Assembly (NCBI GenBank): GCA_964016885.1
Contig: OZ024745.1
Coordinates: 109,616,001 to 109,680,000, forward strand
Source of the DNA: Eledone cirrhosa
Lineage: Eukaryota
Direction of reading: 5' to 3'
Length of the DNA: 64,000 bases
Shown here: one piece after another, positions 49,483 to 59,486 of the stretch
Numbering within the stretch: the stretch's first letter is position 1
Layout: every line of letters begins with the position of its first letter
Translations under genes and position numbers: made by a program
Notes under the pieces: generated by a model
Seen by the model: only the letters and a program-made list of their open reading frames with translations
What the model was told of the DNA's origin: nothing
The model's database searches: none

Positions 49483-49901
49483 ATTGTTATACTTTGGGAG
49501 GGTCATGTTGCCAATAAGAAACACACGCACCAGTTGATTTCACTTCAATTTATTATAATAAATTTATAAATTTAGGAATTTATAAATTTCCGGTTGGTTG
49601 GTTCCACAACCAGATGATTGTTTATATATTGTCAAAAACACACAAAAACAAGATGGCGTAGGACAGAACAAAGGAGAGGCACAAAAAACAAAGAAAAGAA
49701 TCCCCAATCACTGAAAAGGTCACAGAATGTGTGACGAAAGAACTTTGACAATATATAAACAATCATCTGGTTGTGGAACCAACCAACCAACCGGAAATTT
49801 ATAAATTCCTAAATTTATAAATTTATTATAATAAATTGAAGTGAAAGCAACTGGTGCGTGTGTTTCTTATTGGCAACATGACTCTCCCAAAGTATAACAA
49901 T
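49483..49901. mobile_element. Fold-back element: ~155-bp inverted arms around a spacer containing a degenerate HHR
   Basis: Arms 49483-49636 and 49744-49901; tca-CTGAAAA-g-gtcaca-gaatg-tgtgac-GAAA-gaac-TT-tga at 49708-49748. Confidence 0.75.
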
Positions 49902-49989
49902 ATCGGTTTCAACACACGTTTTCAGATAAAGAATCTTGCTAAACAAATTCAGAAACGAAATATATATATATATATACATATATATATTC

Positions 49990-50253
49990 AGGTTTGAGGT
50001 TCACCACTGGATAGAGCTGGTCAATTCCGTATGGTCAATCTTAATGTAATAATATGGAGAGTACTCAACGTAAAGCAGTTCAACTGTCTTTGTTTTTGTA
50101 GTTGGTGGTGCTAGTACGGAGTTAAATATTATAATGAAATGACAGGAGGCTGGACTTGTGTAAATCCTTGAAAGGTTTATTATACTATGATCATAGTATA
50201 ATAAACCTTTCAAGGATTTACACAAGTCCAGCCTCCTGTCATTTCATTATAAT
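49990..50253. mobile_element. Second copy of the 331-835 module, ending in a perfect 126-bp palindrome
   Basis: 49990-50190 is homologous to 331-533; 50128-50253 is a spacerless palindrome centred at 50190/50191. Confidence 0.85.
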
Positions 50254-50274
50254 TATATATATATATATATATAA

Positions 50275-50464
50275 GGGCGGTGGATTGGCAGTATCGGTAG
50301 AGGGTCGGACAACATGCTTTCCAGCATAGTTATGTCCCTTTATGATCTGAGTTCAAATCCCGCCGAGGTTAACTTTGCCTTTCATCCTTACGGGGTCGAT
50401 AAAATAAAGTACCAGTAATGCACTGGGATAATTGCTGGCCTTGTGCCTAAAGTAGAAACAATTA

Positions 50465-50466
<2 letters not shown>
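50275..50466 (+). mobile_element. SINE family B in (TA)n
   Basis: Family B motifs; attataattatatata on both sides. Confidence 0.85.
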
Positions 50467-50494
<28 letters not shown>

Positions 50495-50495
<1 letters not shown>

Positions 50496-50593
50496 GAATG
50501 AAACAGTTCTAGTCCTGTAGAAGCCTTTTCTATATAAACATCTGTCTTTACTCTACCTATGCATCGAGTTCCTTTACTGTGGCTACCCTGAAC
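50495..50593 (+). mobile_element. Truncated HHR module (3' half of the 32843 family)
   Basis: GAAA-cag-ttctagtc-ctg-TA-gaag followed by sequence homologous to the reverse complement of 32776-32850. Confidence 0.65.
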
Positions 50594-50610
50594 ATATATA
50601 CATATATATA

Positions 50611-51020
50611 TATAGAAATTACATGAATCAAAGTTCTGTTCAAACCATTTATTAGCTTACAATTGTTTCGTCCAAACTGAGGTGTAACTATTGCATACAC
50701 TAACTACTTCAAACTATCCTCTTGCATTATCTTCGTAAACTGCCGATGTTGTATTTTAACTTTAATTTTGTTTTAATTTTCTTTTAATATGATTTTAATT
50801 TTTGAATGTAAATTGCCATACTAAAATATTATAATGGATGTCACCCCACTGTGCATCGATATATACATATGTTTCTGTATGTCTCTTGTGTTGGAAAGGA
50901 GGTCATGTATGTAAACAATCATTGAAAAATTGCCCCAAAGACTCCAAATCTCGGTTTGGAAGAAACAATTGTAAGCTAATAAATGGTTTGAACAGAACTT
51001 TGATTCATGTAAATTCTATA
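50611..51020 (+). mobile_element. HHR-family module with an inverted copy of its 3' end at its 5' end
   Basis: 50611-50681 is the reverse complement of 50950-51020 (3 mismatches seen); degenerate HHR 50932-50976 (CCAAAGA...GAAA-caattg-TA-agc). Confidence 0.7.
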
Positions 51021-51206
51021 TAACTGCTCTGTAGAACAACTGATGTTATTACATTGAGCTATTTATCTTACTGGTAATAAGGTAGTAATAAATTACTGTC
51101 TTTCACTGTTTAAGGTTTAAAATATATATAACTATAAAAAGTTTTAGTATATACATAGCCATAAATAGTATCCTTAATACTATATATATATATATATATA
51201 TATATA

Positions 51207-51240
<34 letters not shown>

Positions 51241-51243
<3 letters not shown>

Positions 51244-53403
51244 GAAGAGAACTGGGAGTTCCTAAAAAATAACTTACTAGAGGCGACGGATGAGGTTTGT
51301 GGCTGGAGTAAGACCTCAAGCAGGAGGAGAGTGACTTGGTGGTGGAACAATAAGGTAGATGAAGCAGTCAAGGCCAAGAGACAGGCATGGAAAGAATGGA
51401 AGAACGGGGGGAGCAGGGTACATTACATAGAGACCAAGAGGGAAGCTAGGCGACAAGTATACTTAGCTAGGAGGGAAGCAGAGGATAGAAAATTCAAGCA
51501 TGTTTTACAACGTGAGGACCAGAAACAGGAGGTATTCAAGATTGCGAGGCAGTGTGTCAGAGATAGTTGTGATGTCATTGGAGAGAAGTGTATCCGGAAT
51601 GATAAAGGTGAGCTTGCCCTCACAAGTGCTGAGAAGAAAGATGCATGGAAGAGTCATTATGATAGATTACTAAATGAGGAGAATGCATGGGAAGAAGAGA
51701 CCCTACCCCACGTAGACCCTATAGAGGGACCAGCAGTACAAGTCAGCGGCAGCGTAGTAAGTAAGGCAATCAGAGATATGAAGATAGGGAAGGCAACCGG
51801 TCCATCGGGTATAGCTGCCGAGATGCTGAAGGCATCTGGGTCTGTAGGTCACACTATAACCACACGTATCGTTAACCAGGTAATACTAGAGGGGGCCATA
51901 CCAAAAGATTGGTGCAGTAGCATCATTGTCAACTGCTACAAAGGTAAAGGCGATGCACTAGATAGAGGAAACTATAGAGGTATAAAGTTGATGGACCAGG
52001 TCATGAAAGTAACAGAAAGAGTTATAGCACAGCTGATTAGGGACCGGGTGAATATAGACGAGATGCAATTTGGGTTTGTTCCAGGGAAAGGCACCACTGA
52101 TGCGCTCTTCCTTGTGAGGCAATTACAGGAAAAGTACCTAGCTAAAAGTAAGCCACTCTACTTGGCATTTGTCGACCTTGAGAAAGCCTTTGACAGAGTT
52201 CCACGTGCAGTAATCTGGTGGGCTCTTAGAAAACTAGGAGTAGATGAATGGCTTGTGAAAGCGGTACAAGCCATGTATAGGGGAGCAGTCAGCAAAGTTA
52301 GGATTGGCAATGAGTATAGCGAGGAATTTAGCGTACGGGTTGGGGTCCACCAGGGCTCTGTTCTTAGCCCTCTCCTGTTCATCATAGTCCTGCAGGCAAT
52401 AACGGAGGAGTTTAAGACCGGATGCCCATGGGAACTCCTGTATGCTGATGACCTCGCACTCATAGCTGAATCTATGGTAGAACTAGAGAATAAATTCCAA
52501 ACCTGGAAGCAGGGACTAGAGAGAAAGGGCCTCAAAGTCAACATGACAAAGACTAAGGTCCTTATAAGTAGACGAGAAAACAGAACCCAGATCCCCTCAG
52601 GGAAATGGCCTTGCTCAGTATGTAGGAAAGGTGTAGGTAGGAACTCCATTCTTTGCCCCAAATGCAAACAATGGGTACACAAGAGATGTAGCGGGATCTC
52701 AGGAAGCTTAATTAAGAATGTAGGATTCACATGCAGCAGCTGTGCTGAAACAGCAAGCAAACAGCCACAGGAAACAAGTACCACCAATCTCTGGGAGGGC
52801 CCTGTAGAAACAGTAGACAGCTTCTGCTACCTAGGTGACCGAATTAGCAACGGAGGTGGGTGCTCAGAAAGTACAATAACTAGGGTAAGAACGGGATGGA
52901 AGAAGTTTAGGGAACTACTACCACTGCTAGCTGCAAAAGGCTTCTCCCTCAGAATGAAAGGCAGACTGTATGATGCGTGTATCCGAACAGCGATGTTGCA
53001 TGGTAGTGAGACCTGGGCGCTGAAGGTGGAAGACTTACGTAGATTAGAGAGAAACGAAGCCTGCATGCTCCGATGGATGTGTAACAGTAATATACGTGAA
53101 CGACAAAGCATAAATGAATTGAGAGAGAGACTGAGCATAAGAGGAATCAAATGCTGCGTGCAGGAGAGGCGGTTACGCTGGTATGGACATGTGATGCGTA
53201 TGAAGGATGACAGCTGCATAAAAAGGTGCAGAGCACTAGAAGTTGATGGAAACCGCGGAGTGGGGAGACCCAAGATGACTTGGGATGAGGTGATAAAAGC
53301 CGACCTTACCCAACTACACCTCTCAAAGTCAATGACACACGACCGTGACTTCTGGCGTCACGCAGTAATACAGGGTACCCGACCTCCCATGGGTACATGC
53401 TGA
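51241..53403 (+). CDS. RTE reverse transcriptase ORF (lacks the N-terminal AP endonuclease; internal PHD-type zinc finger)
   Basis: RT motifs QFGFVPGKGTTDA, LAFVDLEKAFDRVP, GVHQGSVLSPLLF, LLYADDL, GLKVNMTKTK, FCYLG; RTE C-terminal [30 protein letters not shown]. The frame is open from 51241 (the track starts at GTG 51331); no native start. Confidence 0.93.
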
Positions 53404-53701
53404 AGCATATAAACAATATGCCCCCCCCCCCCCCACCGCAAGGTGGTCGTGGAGGTGCCACGGCAAAAAAGCACCCAGCCCACACTGTAAAGTGGACGTG
53501 TAGGCGCCACGAAAAAGCACCCAGCACTCACTGTAAATGAGGTTGGTGTTAGGAAGGGCATCCAGCTGTAGAAATCAAGCCAGATCAGTTCCTGTATGAG
53601 CAAGGCATGGTCAGCCGACCAGACACTGCCCACAACAGGACAACCCGTCTAACCCATGCTAGCGTGGAAGAACGGGCGTAAAACGGTGATGATGATGATG
53701 A

Positions 53702-53705
<4 letters not shown>
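51241..53705 (+). mobile_element. RTE-clade non-LTR retrotransposon, 5'-truncated, young, inserted in (TA)n
   Basis: Uninterrupted RT ORF, ~280-bp 3'UTR, (GAT)n tail; (TA)n on both sides. Confidence 0.95.
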
Positions 53706-53747
<42 letters not shown>

Positions 53748-53833
53748 TAGATTGAGTTATAAACTCAAAATAGTCTTTTACGATTAAGTAGCTCAAAGAA
53801 GGGAATCTTTCCGAGCCGTGTAATATAATTGGA

Positions 53834-54126
53834 TATATGAGAGGGACGAACACAGATATAACTATACATGTGTTCCAATTGCAAATGACCAAGTTAGTTA
53901 GGTTGAAAAAGTACTAATTTAATAATTCTTGCGAAACAGATTTTGGTTTGTCCGGGTATCGAAGGCTATTGCCCAATATAGGTTTGTTGTTTTTATTGAT
54001 TTATTACTTTAAATCGAGTCAGGCAAACCATATTGTTTTAAATTAGTATTTTTTCAACCTAGCTAACTTGGTCATTTACAATTAGAACACATGTATAGTT
54101 ATATCTGTGTTCATCCCTCTTATATA
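53834..54126. repeat. Inverted repeat, ~89-bp arms with a ~115-bp spacer, in TA-rich context
   Basis: 53834-53922 versus 54038-54126, about 6 mismatches. Confidence 0.85.
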
Positions 54127-54426
54127 TATATAGGTGGTCTTTATTCTCTCGTTCACGATTCCACCGAATTTATATTCATAGAAATCTGGGACTTGTTTCT
54201 TTCTTCTTCATCACTTTCTGTTGCTTAAACCATTTTGTTTGTTTACCCTAGCGTCCCCTTTATTTACGTGTCCCAACGACTTTTTTTAGCCGTTGCTCGC
54301 ACCAACCTGAGGTATATGGCCTTTAAAGCGACGAAATGCCTACGACGGTTGGAAGGCCACTGATGAAGGACAAACTTTTTCATATGTAACCCATTTGCAA
54401 CGCCGCAGCTCCATTATTATCATATT

Positions 54427-54502
<76 letters not shown>

Positions 54503-54633
54503 TATATAAAAAGTGTGGTTAATATTAGATATTATCCAATTACAAGTATGAGAATAGCTCAATGTAAAATATCAAATATAATACAGAGCTGAAGTACTTT
54601 ATATATATATATATATATATATAGTGTGTGTGA

Positions 54634-54670
<37 letters not shown>

Positions 54671-54893
54671 AATAAATGAAACAAACAAAATACAGGAGGC
54701 AATTTTACAAGGTTATATTAGGTTCATGCTAGGAGGAAGCGAAGGATGTTTCAGTGTTTCGGACAGAAGTCCTTTTTCAGGAAAGTTTGGATAAGGAGAG
54801 CCCATGAAGATCCGCATAAGGTGAAACAATTGTTCTCGGTATGTTGTGTTACTACTGCTATATACTCGTATATATATATATAGAGAGAGATAA

Positions 54894-54963
<70 letters not shown>

Positions 54964-54982
54964 GAGAAAAAAAAAGAAATAT

Positions 54983-55308
54983 ATCATCATCATCATCATC
55001 ATCATTTTACATCCGCTTTTCCCTGCTTGCAAGGGTGGGACGGGAACTGATTCTGGCTTGATTTCTACACCAACCTCATTTACAGTGAGTGCTGGGTGCT
55101 TTTTTGCCTTGGCGTCTACACGTCCACTTTACAGTGGAATGATATGGACCCCAGTCCCTATCATCTCATTTCTACAGCTGAGTAAACTGGAGCAATGTGA
55201 AATAAAGTGTCTTGCTCAAGGAAACAACACATCACCCGGTCTGAGAATTGAACTCACAGACTTTCGATTGCAAGCCCAATGCTCTAACCACTAAGCCATG
55301 CGCCTCCA
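54983..55308 (-). mobile_element. SINE family A (small internal deletion in the tail)
   Basis: Homologous to 4389-4736. Confidence 0.85.
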
Positions 55309-55856
55309 TATATCTATATATACATATGTTTATATATATATATAACCATCTAACCCATGCTAGCGTGGAAGATATACATTAAACGATGATGATGATATAC
55401 ATACATTCGTGTATGTATGTTTCCAAGAATCACAAGAGAGACAGTCTAAGAAATAGTAAGAAAAATTGAGATGAAATGAAATAAATAGAAACCAAAAGTA
55501 ATAAATTGTCTTGAGAGAGAAAATAACAGAAGAAATGGAAGGGAATTATTAAGAATTAATGGGAGAGAATCGGAAGAAATCTTTTAAATAGCTTTTAATA
55601 ATTGTTTTTTGTTTGTGTGTGTGACAGCATTTCTTTATTCTTGTAGTTTTATTGTTTTCTATATCAGCTATTTTATTTCATCTTTTTTTTATTTGGTGGG
55701 GTGGGGTTGGAGTGAGGGTGAGGTGGGTGGTGTGATGGTGGGGTGTGGTCAAATTATTTTTTGTTTAAATTTCTTTATTTTCCCTTTGTTGTATGTCTCT
55801 GTTTGTTGTTGTTGTTCTTTTTCTTCTTCTTCTTGTTCTTGTTGTTCTTCTTCTAC

Positions 55857-55892
<36 letters not shown>

Positions 55893-55906
55893 TTCTTCTT
55901 CTTCTT

Positions 55907-55937
<31 letters not shown>

Positions 55938-56100
55938 TTATTATTATTATTATTATTATCATCATCATCATCAACAACAACATACTCATTATTATTACTA
56001 TTGTTATTATTGTCATCATTATTAGAATTACTATTGTTGTTGTTGTTGTTGTTGTTGTTGTAGTTGTTGTTGTTGTTGTTAGTAATCGTCATTATTATTT

Positions 56101-56535
56101 TGGCGGTATCGGTAGAGGGTTGGACACCATGCTTTGATGCATAGAGTTACGCCCCTTACCATGTTGAGTTTGAATCCCGTCGAGGTTAACTTTGCCTTTC
56201 ATCCTTACGGGGATCAATAAAATAAAGTACCAGTAATACACTGGGATAATTGCTGGCCTTGTGCCAAAAAGTAGAAACAATTATTATTTTTGCCCTTGTG
56301 GCCAATAAATGAAATCATTATTATTATTATTATTATTATTACAGGGCGGTGGATTGGCAGTATCGGTAGAGGGTCGGACGCCATGCTTTCCAGCATAGTT
56401 ACGTCCCTTTACAGTCTGAGTTCAAATCCCGCCAAGGTTAACTTTGCCTTTCATCCTTACGGGGTCGATAAAATAAAGTACCAGTAATACACTGGGTTAT
56501 TGCTGACCTTGTGCCTAAAGTAGAAACAATTATTA
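56101..56535 (+). mobile_element. Two SINE family B copies (56101-56287, 56344-56535)
   Basis: Family B motifs. Confidence 0.85.
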
Positions 56536-56753
56536 TTATTATTTTTCATATAGCATTTTCATTATATATCATCATCATCATCATCATTATCAATATCATT
56601 CTTGTTGTTGATGTTATTGTTTGATTATCGTTTTTATTGAACTTTCATTTTCTACATAACCTATGTATTTTGTGCTCTTTCTCTTTCCTTCTTGCTTAAT
56701 ATTTAACTTTCACTTATGTGTATGTATAAACACACACACAAATATATATACAT

Positions 56754-56787
<34 letters not shown>

Positions 56788-56794
56788 CATATAT

Positions 56795-57250
56795 ATCATC
56801 ATCATCATCATCATTTTACGTCCGCTTTTCCCTGCTTGCAAGGGTGGGATGGGAACTGATTCTGGCTTGATTTCTACAGCTGGATGCCCTTCCTAACACC
56901 AACCTCATTTACAGTGAGTGCTGGGTGCTTTTTTGCCGTGGCACCTCCACGACCACTTTGCAGTGGAATGATAGGGACCCCAGTCCCTATCATTTCCTTT
57001 CTACAGCTGAGTAAACTGGAGCAATGGGAAATAAAGTGTCAGAATCCATTCCTGTCCCACCCTTGCAAGCAGGGAAAAAGTGGACGTAAAATGAAATGAT
57101 GATGATGATGATGATATATACATATATAATACATATATTTATATAATATATATAATATATATACATATATAATATTTTCATTTCATTCATTTCATTTTAC
57201 GTCCGCTTTTCCCTGCTTGCAAGGGTGGGACGGGAACTGATTGTCCCACC
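56795..57250. mobile_element. Truncated SINE A copies with inverted tails
   Basis: Minus copy 56795-57040 fused to a plus-strand tail 57041-57115; second minus tail 57175-57242 followed by the inverted gtcccacc. Confidence 0.8.
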
Positions 57251-57269
57251 AGATTGTCAGACATCAATT

Positions 57270-57335
57270 TATTTTATCTGATGAGGACGTACTGAGGAAA
57301 CAGCACAGTACCTCTGAAATATATATAATAAAATA
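57270..57335 (+). ncRNA. Type I hammerhead ribozyme, helix III = (AU)4 palindrome
   Basis: tattttat-CTGATGA-ggac-gtactg-aggaaacagca-cagtac-ctct-GAAA-tatata-TA-ataaaata; helix I 8 bp; predicted cut after 57327. Confidence 0.8.
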
Positions 57336-57727
57336 TATTTGATCACATGAATGTCTATATTTATTAATATTTTGAATTAATATATATATATATATATTTG
57401 ACGTGTGCATCCCAATACAAATGATTGTAATATTAGTTAATCGCTATAAATAATAATTAAAAAACTGAAAATATATAACCCTGGAGAAGGAAAAACGTTC
57501 ACAAAGACACCTATGAGGAATAGAACCTCACATCCCTCAGATACTGGCAAGTGCACTAGCTAATGTGTGAAAGAGCCACTGGCCACCAATTCATTAAAAA
57601 AAAAAAAAGATTTTAAGCCTGTAACTAAAACAGTTGATTTAGGAAGCATTGAAAAAATTTGAAACTTATTGGAAATTCTGCACAATTGTAGCCTTCTCTC
57701 TCTCCCCCCGCTCTCTCTCTCTCCCCC

Positions 57728-57824
<97 letters not shown>

Positions 57825-57961
57825 AATCCAAGGGTAAGATATGGACTAGACAAATGTATCCACATTATGCATGTTTGTATGATTATACTGGCACAATGGT
57901 ATAACAAGATCTTAGAGAAAAGTTGTTATAAGATCGATTCTTACCATCCACACACACACAG

Positions 57962-58005
<44 letters not shown>

Positions 58006-58390
58006 AGGTGCATTACCAAAGAAAAACGGTATAACAAATCAAAGAACCTATATAGATGGTAAAATTTCGATTATTTTCAAATCGGATAGCAGGTAAAAAG
58101 ATACTTACTTAAGAATGGTAAAATACCAAGATTCTGCTCCTAATGAAATTTTAAAATTTATATTAATAAAGCTGACTTTAGGTTCTAATAGTGACTACCT
58201 GTAGCACTTTGATTAACATCTACTTTTGTCAGACAGTAGGATTAATTACTCTACATATTAATCAATATTTTAATTAATAATCAATATTAATCAATATTTT
58301 AATACATATATATATTTTTTCTATTTTTTACTTTTTAACTTCCTTTCTTAACGCTCCCTTACACCTCGGTCTGTTCTCCCCTATCCGAAC

Positions 58391-58426
58391 TTTCCTGATG
58401 AAGGACTTCTGTCTGAAACGTCGAAA
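58391..58426 (+). ncRNA. Minimal type I hammerhead ribozyme, GAAACGUC type
   Basis: tttc-CTGATGA-a-ggac-ttct-gtct-GAAA-cg-TC-gaaa; helix III palindrome ACGU; GUC site; typical PLE minimal HHR. Confidence 0.85.
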
Positions 58427-58495
58427 CCTCCTCCATTTTCACCAATCGTGAACATAATATAACTTCTGTGTTTTGTTTGTTCATTTTCAAAGAAG

Positions 58496-58875
58496 ACCCA
58501 ACTTCCCATGGGTACAAACCAAAGCTGAAGCATATAGACAATATGCCCCCCCCCCTCCCACTGCAAAGTGGTCGTGGAGGTGCCATGGCAAAAAGCACCC
58601 AGCCCACACTGTAAAGTGGACGTGTAGGTGCCATGGAAAAAAAGCACCCAGCACTCACTGTAAATGAGATAGGTGTTAGGAAGGGCATCCAGCTGTAGAA
58701 ATCAAGCCAGAATCAGTTCCTGTATGGGCAAGACAAGGTCAGCCGACTGGACACTTCCCACAACAGGACAACCCATCTAACCCATGCTAGCATGGAAGAA
58801 TGGATGTAAAACGGTGATGATGATCATCATCATTTTACATCCGCTTTTCCCTGCTTGCAAGGGTTGGATGGGTCC
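58496..58875 (+). mobile_element. RTE subfamily 1-like 3' end, tail-to-tail with a SINE A tail
   Basis: Homologous to 53377-53695; junction gatgatgatcatcatc. Confidence 0.85.
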
Positions 58876-59486
58876 TATTCAGCACAGCATCTCTCCATAT
58901 ATATATATATGCTAAAAGATGATACACATATAACATAAACTAGGAGAAAACCAAACAGTGCATTGTCACTCTTGACAGTCAGCTTCACAGTTTCATTACT
59001 AAATGTCACTCACAAAGCTTTGCTCAACACAGGGCTATGGTAAAAGATACTTGTCAAAGACACTACATAGTGGGCTAGACCGAACATGGAACCATGTGGT
59101 TGTGAAGCAAACTTCTTAACCATATAGTTATGGCTGCACCCTAATATAACTAGAAAACTGACAAAGTTCAGCCATTATCAATAATTTTCAACTTGGAACA
59201 GTCAAGTGGTAATTTGGCATTTTCTATATGTCAACAACTACTTAAAGTTACTGATCCAAATATTAGATTAATAAATCGAAGTAAAACAAAATGCAAATGT
59301 TAAAAGAAATGAATAATCAAAAACAAAAAAACAAAAATCAAACAACAAAAAAAGGAAGCACTGTTGATATCTGTTACGACATTCAAATGTTAGTAGCTTC
59401 TCATCAAATAATTTGAAGTGGGGTCTGGAATATAATTATATTATTAACTGAATTCAGAAACTCTCTTTTATAGATGACCAAATAAT

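Noticed and set aside
51241-53403. RTE ORF as an autonomous element, or as the partner RT of the HHR modules
   Set aside because: It lacks the 5' end and endonuclease; the HHR modules do not share the RTE 3' hairpin or (GAT)n tail, so no link is visible.
52158-53633. Antisense ORFs over the RTE (and 44053-44499, 43696-44020)
   Set aside because: Shadow frames of the RT gene and its UTR.
54360-54400. CTGATGAAGGAC in a TA-flanked module
   Set aside because: No GAAA or closing helices; at most a broken 5' half.
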